From Octopus vulgaris (Eukaryota): a DNA stretch of 64,000 nt. How positions within the stretch are numbered: the first letter of the stretch is position 1; each line of letters begins with the position of its first letter. The translations under genes and the position numbers were made by a program. The DNA lies in the NCBI GenBank assembly GCA_951406725.2, contig OX597836.1, positions 23,746,001-23,810,000 on the forward strand, given 5' to 3'. Below the pieces are notes generated by a model that was not told the DNA's origin, did not search any database, and was given only the letters and a program-made list of their open reading frames with translations. This document shows, piece after piece, positions 27,155 through 40,556 of the stretch.

Positions 27155-29352
27155 TGATTGAGGAGGGAGTGATTGAGGAGGAGGAAGAAATAATTTAGCA
27201 GAGTAAGGAAGATATATGAATAACATTTCATAATTCGTTAGTTGCCCGTTTATTTAATTATATTTAAGCCAATCTTTTCAACTAACAGTAAATTTTAGAA
27301 ACACCAGTTTATGTTTCTTATAATTCCTTACATAAAAAAGCAAAGGTGACACCAAGCATACACTAATTTGTCATCATTTGAACCATTTATAGATGGCCAT
27401 CGGCACTTTTACATTTAAGTAGGCTTTGCCATAGCAAGATAAAAACCAATGACATTTAAAACTAAAATCTATGTTAAAATTTGTATCTTATAACGTGACT
27501 GAGATTTTATTCGATTTAATCTGTATTTGCATTTATACATTCGATTTTATTCACTTACTTATATGTATTATATTTTCTCCATAATTTCCATAAAATATAA
27601 AGATCTAGAAGAAACAACATTTTTGATAATGACTGAAATTGCGATACCCCCCACCCTGTCTGAGGATAAAATGCTTTACTTGTTCTGTGACACTACGCCA
27701 ATCATAAGAGTGACACTCTAAACATGACAAAGTGTCATGGAAACATAGCATTGTAGAAAATGTAAAGTTGATAATTTGTAACAAACGCAATTCTTTCAAG
27801 TAATCTTAAAGCAAAGGGATGATACAACTGATGCAAATGTAACTTATATATTTGGATAAAAGAAAGTCAATGAAAGCGATACGGGAATCGTAAATTAATG
27901 GATTGTTCAAGTTCAAAGGCGCACAAATGCCATATCATTCGGCACGTCAATTAACTAGTTAAAAAGGACGACACTATATTTAACATTTTTAGATGAGTCA
28001 ATTAATACTACAAATTTTGTGCAAATGTTGTGCCGCTTTTTGTTAGTGCTCTGCTTATTCGAAAATAAGGATTTTCACTGATTTGCAGAACTACTCGTCT
28101 TGGGAATTTATACATGTAGAACAGGTGGAATTGATATTTTTAACAACTTAAAAGATAATTGCTGTGAACTTATACAACAAGTTCACATATATTCCACGGG
28201 AAAGCTAGAAAGATTTATTGTAGAGATAAAAACGAAAAACAGTTGTTTGAAGTAGATGCTTTAATTATCGGTTTATTGTATTTTACGCCAGCAAAATATT
28301 TACCCGAAATATACTGTAGAAAATGATACTTTGGCTCAGGTGAGATACAGTGTTAACTTTGTCAGAGAAAAGGCACACTAATTTAATCTCTGCTATTTCT
28401 GCAGCAAGCTTCCCTGGATTCCGCGCACATATTAAAGTATGTTGCATATTTTAGAGAAATATATTAATCAAAATTGTATCCTTACAGGAGCAGATTGCTA
28501 ACTTGTTTTGGGACAAAATTAGAACTGCGATTTGTTAAAAAGTGGATTTCTATAGGTATATAACATTTTTGTATGATAGTATACCTTTAGAAGCAATGAA
28601 AAACTAAATTTATACATTATATAGTGGTAAACCCAGTCATTTCGAAAAAAATGGTGAAGGTTTTCAATACAGTTCTGACGCAAATAGACATTTCTGGTGA
28701 ACATTTTCCTCAACTTGGAAAGGTAATCATTACCGATAAAGCTTCACGTGAATTATTAGAGACTATATTGCTGATATAGACTTATTACTTCTAAATATAA
28801 TGTAAAATTCGCTTCATTTGTAAAGCGTCATAACTATGAATATTGGCTTATATATTTGCGCATGTTTGTGTGGTTTTCTGTGCTCGGTTGACTGAAAAAT
28901 TACAAAATAATCACTCATAAAATCTGTGCATTATTATGTCATCTGTTAAGGTAAAGCGTGCTTATCTATAAAAGTGTCCACGGCTGATTCTAAAGGAGCT
29001 CACATGGTCGCAAATCAATGCTTGTTGTAAGCTACAATTCATATTTACATTCACCGAAAGTAATTATAAGTGTAGGTAAAGAAATATAAAAGAGTAGAAA
29101 TGAATATAAAATTGGCAAGGACCTAAACAGATGAGCTTTATATGATATTAAATCAACAAAAACTTATTCCAGTTAATTGATTTCCCTCAACAATCGTGCA
29201 AATTTCAAAAGCCAGCTCAGGACCCCCGAAAACCGCAAATTCCCTATTTGGGGTGCGACATTTCTTATGGTGGTTAAGTTACTCTTTTATTCGTTTCAGC
29301 CATGCGGTTGCAACATGCTGGAGCAACACCATGGAAAAGAAACATCACTGTT

Positions 29353-29435
29353 TGTCAGACGTGGGATTCGAACCCACGCGGGAAGACCCGACTGCGACCT
29401 GAACGCAGCGCCTTAGACCGCTCGGACATCTTGAG
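29353..29435 (-). tRNA. trnL-CAG: tRNA-Leu(CAG), diverged, possibly a pseudogene
   Basis: CTCAAGATGTCCGAGCGGTCTAAGGCGCTGCGTTCAGGTCGCAGTCGGGTCTTCCCGCGTGGGTTCGAATCCCACGTCTGACA, 83 nt. Intact anticodon arm, T arm and long variable arm; three acceptor-stem mismatches; T-run downstream. Confidence 0.8.
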
Positions 29436-30677
29436 TCCTAAAGGTGCTAAAAAATTTTTGTACAATTCCTAAGACAGAAGAGGGGTGGGGTTGGAACAAA
29501 TTCCTGAACTTATCCAATGTTTGAAAATGTTTTATTTCAACAGCCACATTCGTTTAGAATTATTCCACTGCATAGGATCGATATCACAGTCAACTGAAAA
29601 GCGTGAAATGCGCAGTTTGGATTCCGATAGGAGTAGAATTTTTTTTAATTGTGGCACTTGTAGACGCCTGATAACCACTCAGATCAGCATATTCATACAT
29701 TAATGTGTGTGTGAATGTATACATGTATACATACATCCATCCATACACACACATACATACATACATACATACATACATACATACATACATACATACATAC
29801 ATACACACATACATACGTCGCACTGTAAAAGACTAACACACGATATTGAGATTATATGGATTTTATTACATTTCTAGGTAATTTGACATCAGGAAGATGT
29901 CAGTGACCCACAACAACACTCTCTTTTGAAAACACAAGGATTGCATTTAGAGTTCGAATTCGTTCACTTTTCGCGAACGCATTTTTATGAAAAGCATAAT
30001 GCACATGCAAAACGTTGATTCACTAGGTATAAAAGACACTCAAATTTACCACCCTACCATTCTCCCCTCCCCCAGTTTTTTGAGTTGGACGGTGTAAGCT
30101 TTTATTGTAAGTTGAACTGATTGTTATTTGTTGAATTGCTGTTGAACTGTTTGTTTGGTAACACTTTGTTTTACTGTTTTGTGGCAGAGCTGTTAACGTT
30201 TCCCCACTTGTTTGAATGGGGAAATTTGTGTGTGTGTTAAAATGATATGCTCAAGCATTAGTTCTGAGGAAGAGTTGGAGCAGTAGGTACAGAGACCGAA
30301 CAAAGTAATGACTTAAAAAAAAAAACAAAAAAAAACACGACTCGGGTAATGTACACAAGGATAACAAAAAAGACTCGGATAATACAAACAAGAAATTTTA
30401 AAAAGCTATTAATTTTGTGGCGGTAGCCGGTGTAACTAAAGAGGAGTTAACTATTGAGAAAAATCAACTAGATAAATACAAGGGATTGTTACAAAAGGAG
30501 GGGCACGAAATTAAGTCGACCCTCTCCTAATGAAATAACACAAAACATTGTAAGAAAAACCCTTTGTCTATCCCCTCTGTGTTAGTCCCTTGTGGACAAA
30601 TAAAAATCAATTCGCTCCCCGCACTTTTTGAGTTCGGACGTGGTGTTTCAAAGCTCCAAGGTTGGTATGCTTAACTA

Positions 30678-31675
30678 TTGGGTTGGCAACTAAGTTCCCG
30701 CCGTTTTTTTTTAAATTTTGGAATTTATTGCGTTTTTAAATTTTGGAATTTATTTTTTTCGGGAATTCTATTTTGAATCATTTTGGAATCTATTTTGTTG
30801 TTTTTTTCTTCTAGTTAATTTTAGTTAATTTTTGTTTATTTTCAGATTATTAAAATGGAATGTCATGTTAAGAAAAACGAGCATTTTCGACAGCTCCTTT
30901 TTACTTTTAATCAAGGTTCTAAGGCCGCAAAAGCTTCTCGCGACATTTGTGCTGTGTATGGAGGGGGTGCCATAGCTGAAAGAACCACTCGTGATTGGTA
31001 AGCCAAGTTCAAAAATGGAAATTTTGACCTCAGAGATGCACCTCGTTCTGGCCGTCCAGTTGAGTTCGATGAAGAGCGATTAAACCGACTTTTGCACGAA
31101 AATTCTCGTCAAATGACAAGGGAACTGGCAGAGAAAATGGAATGTTCCCACACTGCTATAGAGAAGCATCTTCCCTCGATGGGAAAGGTTCAGAAGTATA
31201 GAGCATGAGTTCCGCATGCTTTAAGTGACAACAACAAAAATCAACGAACCACAATATCCGCTGGTTTGCTTGCCCGTCACCGCTCAACTCATGGACACAA
31301 GCAACAATTTCTTTACCAAATTGTTACTGGCAACGAAAAATGGTGCCGGTGGATCAATATGAAGTAGCGTAAGGAATGTCTTAGCCCCGGTAAATAAGCA
31401 ACACCGCGCGTGAAACAAGATCTTCATCCGCGGAAAACTATGTTGTGCATATTGTGGAAGTGGGAAGGTATTATCCCTTACGAATTGCTCGAACGGAACC
31501 AAACGGTCAATGCAGAACTCTATGTTCAAGATATGGAACGACTCAACACGGCTATTCAAATTGTCTTCTGCACGACAACGCCCGCCCTCATATCGCCAAT
31601 ATGACCAAGGAAGCCATTCAAACGCATGGCTAGGAAGTGCTGCTACACCCGCCATACTCTCCTGATTTGGTACCA
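30678..31675 (+). mobile_element. 3'-truncated mariner transposon
   Basis: TA plus left TIR TTGGGTTGGCAACTAAGTTCCCGCCG. ORF from 30855 (MECHVKKNEHFR..DAPRSGRP..VTGNEKW..LHDNARPH..PPYSPDL) with stops. Confidence 0.9.
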
Positions 31676-32727
31676 TAAAACCGGTTCCTTATTTCTGCCT
31701 TATTTCGTTCAAAAATCACTGATAAGGGATTCATCTACACTAACTTCTACAGAAAAGCGGCATGCTGGAGTCCTATTTGTATATTACAATTCTTCATTAC
31801 CTATGCGGTTCAAGAGAAGCTGCATAAGAAATAAAATCTACAGGGTAGGCAGTAATACAACGAAGCAGGAGACAAATGATCAGCAAATTGCAATGCCGAA
31901 AATTCCTTATGGATAATAATAACAGTTATAAAATTGTACACGGAGTAGAAAACATGTAATATGTCTTCTATTAGAAATTCTTCAGACAGGGAATCAGATA
32001 ATACATTAAATGAAACATACATAATAGTGAATAGATAACATCAAAAAGCTTTCCAATCTCCTGTTTTGAGACATAATTACTCCGCAGAAAATATTTTCCC
32101 GTAGTTTCAACTTTTATGTATATCTCACACAAATATAATATCTTCATACAGATGTGCTACAATCTGATGTGCTACAAGAGGACACAGTTTGGATTTTAAG
32201 TATATTTGTATGAATATGTATGGAAGTATATAGTTAAAAAGGTACAAATTGTTAAGCCCTCAATTTTTACCTTTTTCTCTTTGATCTCTAAAAATTCTAT
32301 ATAATATTATATAAGCTGGATACATCGAAGCCGGTTATGTTTTAAATCTCTCACTGTAACAAAAATATTAAACATTCTCTAAAATATACTTGATTATTTT
32401 CCAACTTTATTTACTTTTTCAACTACAATTTTTGATTTGTATAGACTCTTAACACCTTTTCAACTCTATGTATATTATATATATATGTTTGTGTATTTTT
32501 TCAATGTGTACAAATAACAGGGAAAAAATACCAGGGTAGCAAAAATTCACATAAATACCAAGGATATTACAGCCTACTTACAAAGGTAGAAGTTCCAGGG
32601 TTTGGTACAATGTTTTTGAATACCATAGATAAATTAAGAAATGGAGTTGAAATCTTTACAATTCCGACATATATTTCGAAGAAAATATTCCTGAGGGATT
32701 AACACCTGTGTTTAACTCTATATCTTA

Positions 32728-32808
<81 letters not shown>

Positions 32809-32931
32809 GCAAAAATTTAGATTCAAATGAATATGGTACTTAATTTAGATGCACCAGAATTCTGTGTGGTGTTATCCATAAAAATCCGTGGGGTGATTAT
32901 AATCAAAATAAGCAACAAGAATGACTCGGGT

Positions 32932-33022
32932 AATTTGGTACGATTGTTTCGTACTACATCATTTTATTAAATGTTGTAAGTATTACAACAGTTTTAAAAT
33001 GCTGAGCACTCATCAGCCAATT
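32932..33022 (-). ncRNA. Type-I hammerhead with extended stem II (family H4), canonical
   Basis: aattgg-CTGATGA-gtgctcagcatttt...aaaatgatgtagtac-GAAA-caatcg-TA-ccaaatt. Confidence 0.72.
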
Positions 33023-33168
33023 ATAGAGGTTTTCCATTAATACAAAAATGTTCATATCAAGTGGCAACATTATAGAGAAGGTAGATATATAGACAAAGAT
33101 ATATATCTACCTTCACTATAATGTTGCCACTTGTTATGAACATTTTTGTATTAATGGAAAACCTCTAT

Positions 33169-33259
33169 AATTGGCTGATGAGTGCTCAGCATTTTAAAAC
33201 TGTTGTAATACTTACAACATTTAATAAAATGATGTAGTACGAAACGATCGTGCCAAATT
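33169..33259 (+). ncRNA. Type-I hammerhead (family H4), GUG at cleavage site
   Basis: aattgg-CTGATGA-...-GAAA-cgatcg-TG-ccaaatt. Confidence 0.62.
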
Positions 33260-33288
33260 ACCGGAGTCATTCTTGTTGCTTATTTTGA

Positions 33289-33350
<62 letters not shown>

Positions 33351-34029
33351 CCTTTATCTTTACTTGTGACTTTACTGGCGCGGCTTTCTGGGGCATCGCC
33401 TGAAGGATTTTTACTCGAATAAATCAACTCCCAAATCTATTTTTAAAGCCTGGAAATTATAGCTTCTCTCTCCTTTGTTGAACCATTAAATTAAGGTGAC
33501 GTAAACACACCAACGCTGGTTGTCAAGCAGTTGTGGGGCACACACACACATGCACACATACAAATGGGAGAGGAAGTAAGCGTAGCTTTGATAGTGAGGT
33601 GCAATACACGGTGGATGTGCAAGACACGGTAGTGAGGTGCAAGACACGCTTTCTACCCACAAGTGGAAGGGAGGCGAGCATCCACCAAATTCAAAGTTCA
33701 GTCGACCACACTTCCCATATGACAACTAACAGTAGCGATAGCGTCATCACAGCTCATGAATTTCATTGTAGTTATGAAGCTGAGTTTCCGTTGATTAATG
33801 ATACTACAACACTAGCAAGAAGTCTACGAGTACGATCACAACCTACTCTGCTACCACTTCCACTACAACAACGACAAAAATTATGAAAAAGGAAAAAAAT
33901 TAAACAACTTAAACGGCAACAATATTTCCACAGTGAATAAGACCAACAACACTGCATTCGCAGCAACGGCTGCTAAAGGCACATAGCTATTTAAAGTGGA
34001 TATACTGTAGAAAGATATCTCGATCCAGC

Positions 34030-35000
34030 AGCCAGACTAATAAGAATGGTAAAAGGTGCGGACGGATATTGCCACCCCGCACCGAGGTATTGGCAGAAAC
34101 GCAGAAAGTTATTTATAACTATGTTTCTATAAGCACAAAGAAGCCGGAGACGGCTAGTCAGGCAGATGCGCTAGGTGAACTAAAAGAGATAATGCACCAC
34201 ATTCAGCATGTCTCGAGGGCAAAACAGTTTGCGAGCATTTCAGTGATCTTCAAGTCTGAAGCTCTGACCACAAAACACTCTATGACTCGTTGTCAGAGCC
34301 AAAAATATGTGATCCACCCAACGTATTTAGGGAATGGACGGTGCGGATAAAGATCTCAGGAATTCCACCGGAGATAAATTTATGGTGGATTTTAGAATGT
34401 ATCGCTTTGGAAGGGAGTAATAACCTTATGGAAATGAAGCGGATCCGGTGAGAAAATTGGTCTGGGATCTGCGTGGAGGTGTTACTTTACTTTAAACCAT
34501 ACACGATCCTAATTCACCTTCCTGGAGGAGAAGAGCTACACGTCCCTATTGATGGTAGAAAGCCACGGTGCCACCTCTGTAGACAGCCTACTTGAGAGCT
34601 TTCTTCCCACAATAGAAGACGGAGAAACATGGAGTCCACCTACTACCAACACCAGGTCCCCAAAACCCTTAACAACCAAACCAGCAACGATAAACAACAA
34701 AAGCGACACAAACCCGGCAACAACGGCATCATCAGCAGTAGGAGAAGCAAAACCAGTAAATGCTGGAAGAACATCAGCACCAGCAACATTACCACCACCA
34801 CCACCACCACCACCACCACCATCATCACCTTCAACATCAGAAAGAATAATAATAACGGACACACAGAACACCCAGGGGTTTTCCACTCCCTCTCCCTTTC
34901 CGCCTCCTCCAAACTCAAATACATTAATAGACTCACACCCTGATTCTACAGACACAGATTCATCTGCAACACGCAATGAAAATGAGTGAAAACCAGAAAC
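34030..35000 (+). mobile_element. Possible decayed L1/Tx1-like ORF1 (RRM-like segment plus Pro/Ser/Thr-rich tail)
   Basis: Near-continuous broken reading frames (34069-34350, IKISGIPPEI, 34549-34989), ORF1-like composition, no splice evidence. Inference only. Confidence 0.35.
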
Positions 35001-35639
35001 AGCAAAAAGAAAGCACAATAATACATCATGCCCCACACCAACGCACTCACAAATAGCATAGAAAACACATCCATAACAGCCATAGACACGCCTACCACAT
35101 CATCAAACTTCCCATCTCAACAAGTGTCAACACATCTTCTGCTATCACAACCAGCTACCACAACTGCAACTGCAACGAAAAGAAAACACCCACTACAGCT
35201 AAACTAACCACACAAACATAAAACTTCATACTTGTGAGGAGGGCCAACAAAGAATTGATGATCCTCATAGCACGAATGAATGACATCGAGAGGGCGTATG
35301 GTCATCGGCATCAGCACCTTTCAAGTAACAGAAATACTGATGATGGTGCGAATGTCTCTAGAAACATAAAAAAAGAAACAAACATTAGGGTGAGTTCCCT
35401 CGCGACGTGAGAACCTCTAATGTAAATGCTAAGAGTAGGTTTTTAAGGGGATTCATAAAGGGACCGCAAACCGTTTTAAATCATCCACAAAGAGAAGGTG
35501 GTTGAGACGAGGTCCATTCTGTCTCAGAAAGTGGGATTAAGACTATAACAAATAACAAAGGTGAACAAAAACCTCTCTAGAAGATACCTTTTTTGATTGT
35601 TACCTCGGCTGAGTGCTGGTTGTTACAGAAAAGACGTGT

Positions 35640-37400
35640 TTTCCAACTAGGCACGCTGTATTTAATCAGTGCTTACAACTTCTCAGCTATTCCACACCTG
35701 TCGAGTGTTTCCAGAATCCACGAATGAAGCAACATGTAGTAAGACTTTTAAAGTCTATCCTGACCATGCACAAGTTTTTTTAAGTACCGTTTTTAGTTCT
35801 TTATTATAACCTTGTCTATCACAAGGGGGTTCTTGGTGCCCTTGGATCCGTTTTGGTACCCCTCTTGTTTTACCGGAAGTAGGTTGTCTTCTGCAAGGAA
35901 CGTATATATTTTCCCTGCGAGGATGCCTTTTATCACTTTCAATAAGAGTTTAAGACAAACAATGGGTCGGTAATTGCCAACCTCATTGCCCTTTAACTGA
36001 TCTTTCATCAACAATATTGTCTTTCCCTCTACAATCAATTCTGGAACTGCACTAAACTGTAGCAAATTGTCTAATTGCAACACAATGACCTAAACCCTTT
36101 AAACCACTTAAACCAGTAGTCTAGGATTCCGCCAGCTCCTGCCACTTTCCAGTTTGGGAATTTTGATACCTGTGTAATTACATCTTTCGTTATCATGCGC
36201 GCATGGTCCTGTCGTGGAGCCTCGGGGAAATGGAGTTCGGATCACACGGAATTAAACCACCCAACACCGGTGGTAGTGAGAAATCTCTTTCTCTTAGATG
36301 TTATTCCAAAATTGGCAGGTTTTCTCTGCTTCATGAGGTATATTATCTTCTGTATCTCCTCCTAAGCTCTTAAAAACTGCCTCTGGTTATTTGAGAATAA
36401 CCTGTTTTGCTGGAACTGCAATAGACGATCCCCGTAGCGTTGTATCTTCAATGTTTTGCCCGCACATGTTGTTTTAGGGTTTCGATAACAGTTTTGAATC
36501 CTTTCTTTTCTATTTGGATGTTTCCATTGTCCTTTAGACTATTCTCCTATGTGAGATTTTAATATCACCTTCAATTCTTCGCTTCCACCATGACTCCTTC
36601 TGTCTGCCTGTTTTCCTCTCTTTCTTTTCATCCAGTTCGCCTACTAAAGCTGAAGTGGATCTAATCAAGTTCCTTGTTTTCGATAAATCTTTGTTAGAAT
36701 GTATTTCAGTACTCCTTCAACCTTTTGGATTGCGCGTTTCACAGTCGAAGCATCTCAAATCCACCGGTTGGGTCGCTGTTCTTGTAGCTAATATATCTTC
36801 GAGTCGTATTATGCGGTCTTTCTATTCCTTAGTTATATCCTCTCGTAATACAGAGTTCTCCACATTATATTGATTGATAGGCCTCCTCTCCTCTACTACA
36901 ACTCCACCTTGCCTACTCATTCACTGATTTATACCTACATTATCCTCCTCGAGGTTATCCCCACTGCAGAAGCTTTTCCCTGATTGTCCGAATATGGGCC
37001 TCATCAAGAATCATTCTTCTGTGATTCATGAACCCATTTTCAATAATCTGCAAATACCCAGCTGGTTCCAAAGTTCTAATGATCTTTTTCCGACAACTTT
37101 ATATTTCCCATTGTTCTTGTCTAGAATGGTTTGTTCATGGCGCTTAATTGCCTTTTTGCTCTTTTCGACAGACCACTTGCGGTTGCGAGCTCGTTGCATA
37201 TTTTGACCATTAAAATGACTACAACTGGGTGGAGTCTGGTCTTCCACTCCATTACCCTCCGAGGTCCCCTGCCGAGTGCGGGAGATCTGGTATATTGCAC
37301 ATCCAGGGGAGTCTTCCTGTTCATGCTGTTATTTGGTTTGGTATTAGTTGTCAACATTTCAACGAATGCAAATGATTTCTACAGTGTTTGCTCACCGGGT
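35640..37400 (-). mobile_element. 5' half of an R4/Dong-type LINE
   Basis: N-terminal RNRKWSVEK..LELWNQLG (Myb-like), QQNRLFSNNQ, EGKTILLMKD..GNYRPIVCL, GTKNPLVIDK. Confidence 0.82.
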
Positions 37401-37864
37401 GTGTTTATTTAAGATTTTCATATAAAGTGTCAGCCCAAATACAACCAGCTCTAACTTGGTTGTCGGTCAAGACTTACAGACGCCAAGTTTGCCCTGTACA
37501 ACTTGCTGCAGGACTCTCACAAATGCATAAGTTACACCGGTCTATGCAAGACAGGGTTGGCCCCAATTCCCTGTGCTGTTCACATGGACAACCGCATACA
37601 TAGTTGCACTATCCGATGTGCTATTTCTCTTAAATAACTCACCTCTGGTGACAGAGGTGTTTCGATCAACATCCTTAAACAGACCTTATTTAAGGTGAGA
37701 TTTGAAACAGATTTAACAGCTCTTTCTATCAAGCCGAATGGGTTCTCAGAGAGTTCATTGTCCACTTGCAATCTTCTTCGGCGGACAGGCTCAACGTATG
37801 AAAAAAAAGATCGTTGCTTCTGTCCTTACGTCTGTAGCTACGCTAAGTGTATTTAACGTTGTTT

Positions 37865-38125
37865 TTTCTTCTTCTTCTTCTTCTTCTGCTCCTCCTCCTC
37901 CCCTTCTCCCCCTCCCCTCCCCTCCCCTCATCTCCACCTTCTCCTTCCCTCCTACTCCTTTTTCCCTCTTCCTCCTTCCTCATCCGCCTTCTTCTTCTGC
38001 TCCTCCTCCTCCTCCTCCTCCTCCTCCACCTGCTACCCTTCTCCCATCCTCCACCTCCTCCTCCTCTCCACCTCCTCCTCCCCTCCACCTCCTCCCCTCC
38101 TGTTCCTTCTTCCCTCTTCCTCCCA
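37865..38125. repeat. Polypyrimidine (CCT/CTT)n low-complexity tract
   Basis: Directly visible. Confidence 0.9.
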
Positions 38126-39373
38126 GACAATACAGGTACCAGAAGTTGTTCGGCGCATCATCACATCCTTTCTTTCCACCTTGTTGGCTTGTGACTAGAT
38201 CGCAAGAACCGTAAGTCTTGGAAAAATTGGTTTTAACAGATTGTGTACATACTGTACATACTGTTAAGATATTAATGGACTTCTCGTGCTCTACCAAAGC
38301 AATGTTTCCATTCTTGACAATTAAGTTTGCACGTGCTTTGGCAAGCCAGTTCGGTATGTTTACTTTCCATAGATTTTTGATACCTCGTATGTATCAGTGA
38401 CTCCCTCTTTGTATATGTATATATGCATATATATTTGTAAGTATTTGGGTGTGTTTGTGAACCTGTATGTGTGAACGTGTATCGTATTTTACATCAGCGA
38501 GGAAATAGAAAAGTTAGTGCTTCTGCAGTGAAATACCCTATTATATTTGTTCTACACTGAAATATACAGAACTCAGTTGACACACTTGCCGTCTATAAAT
38601 GCGTTGAGCAAATGATTGGTCGTTTGAAACCCGAAATTAACGACAGTATTCTTCACCAACTGCGAAATAAAGAAGGAGATAAATAATTGATCAGCTTAAT
38701 AACGATTCAAATTATGTTTAAAAAGTAACGTTATCTCTATCATCGGTGGTCGATAAATATACGTAGTGGTACATTAAGGTCGAATCAATTCGACGCCCCT
38801 TCTCTGTAATAATTTCTCCAGGGACTAAAAAAAATCTATCAATGTACGTTTGAACATTCCAAAGTAACACAATATTGATCTAATATTATAAATTGAGATT
38901 GTGTGATGTATATTGTTGATCTTTTTCGCTTCGATTGTAGCATGTTGTCCGTTGTTATATCCGACGCTTTATGTTTTTTGCCACGTCACACTCGTCAGCT
39001 CACATGCACAGATACAGAAACACGTATATATTCATTATTTTACTAATTCCAGTATTTTGAACTACGGCCATATTTTTGGCAATCCTTTCAATAGTTTTCA
39101 GGCGATTCAGTCCAGTATTTAATGTTACTTATTTTAATGAACGAAATGTATCAATTGGCTGACTTCTTTTTGACGTAAAGTTGAGTAAGTCTATATCTCT
39201 AAACTACAGAGTATTTTAGTTCAGCATATCGATTTACACCGAGAAATGCGTAAATACAACGGGATTCGGGGCAGTGGATTTATGGTAAGATCCTTACAGT
39301 TGGACGCATCCTAGAACGACATGGTTGCGAAGCAAACTATTCTCTCTCTCACACACATGCACACACATACACA

Positions 39374-39428
<55 letters not shown>

Positions 39429-39469
39429 CATGCACACACGTACACACATATATAAACACATACATACAG

Positions 39470-40556
39470 GCCTAGAATACATAACCAAAGAAGTCGCACA
39501 ACTTTACCGCAACGCATCATCAGATGAAAGGATGAGCCTATATGAGAAGAAGACTATGCATGGATATGGCAGTAGAAAGCCCCAAGATGATAGTGATATT
39601 GATCATCAAAGCAGTCTATCATGGACCAATATCCGGATTACTACCTCTTACTTTGGAGGGAATGCGTTTGCAATCCAGGAACAGGAAATATCATCCAAAT
39701 ATCATCCAAACACAAAAAGGATAGAGATGCAGGAAAAGCAGTAAAATGTGACAACCGATGCTGACTTTGTGGAGTTAACACCGATTATATCACCCACATC
39801 ATAAACAGTTGTCCGAAAATGTCATCACGGTATAATATACCATGATACTGTAGCTAGGACACTCTATAACGAAATACGTTGGAAGGATAACTCCGAGGAC
39901 AAAGATATAAGAACCCATAATATGGTAGAAGCCATAGCCGCTTATAATAAAATGACTACTTGTGGATTGTCCCAGTCAAGACCTCAATAAAATGTAAGCA
40001 CAACAGACCTGATAGAATGATATCGGATATAGAAGAGAAACTGTGTACAGTTGTGGAAAGTATTGCCCAGCGGTTGTTGATAAAACTGATGACCAGTGAA
40101 AAAGATATACCTACACTTAAATATTGAAAAATTTGCAGTTACTCTATCCAGATTACAAGTTCAGGTTTATAGCTGTAATTATTGGGGCACTGGGATATGT
40201 TACACACTTCCTAAATACCAATCTTCAGAAATTAGGCTTTTCAAAACCAGAAAGGAGAAAGCTAATTGGAAGACTGCAGATCCAATCCATCACTGGAACT
40301 GTAAAAACCTGTAACACTTTCCAGAGGTTTATCATTTAAATATATATGAGCATGTCTAGATATGCAACTATATGCATGAGCATGCATACGTAAAACAAAA
40401 CATCCAAATATGCACAGATAAATATGTACATACATACATGCATACAAAAGTACCCTGTTGTTGATGTTGAAAATTCCAACGAAGGAGTTTTGGATCTAGG
40501 TTAGAAACCAGCTCTTTCTCTATTGGCAAGGAATCTTGAAATAAAACTGAACAATG
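39470..40556 (+). mobile_element. 3' fragment of an R4/Dong-type LINE ending in (CATA)n
   Basis: AFAIQEQEI, CCHC remnant, HDTVA, HNRPD, FIAVIIGALG..LQIQSITGTVKTCNTF, then 3' UTR and (CATA)n. Confidence 0.82.

Larger units (their letters stand above)
32812..33290. mobile_element. Fold-back H4 element: 386-bp palindrome (32903-33288) with two hammerheads
   Basis: Arms ~32903-33091 and ~33100-33288 are near-perfect reverse complements. Homologous to 7613-8370. Flanked by (TA)/(GT)n. Confidence 0.75.

Noticed and set aside
37440-37565. Possible HDV-like ribozyme at the 5' end of the minus-strand LINE (GTAACTT/AAGTTGT pairing, TCCTGC loop, AACTTGG/CCAAGTT hairpin)
   Set aside because: I could not assemble P2, P3 or a proper J4/2 by eye; it would need a family consensus to revisit.
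37738-38297. Pro-rich and Arg/Gly/Glu-rich ORFs
   Set aside because: Polypyrimidine low-complexity tract.
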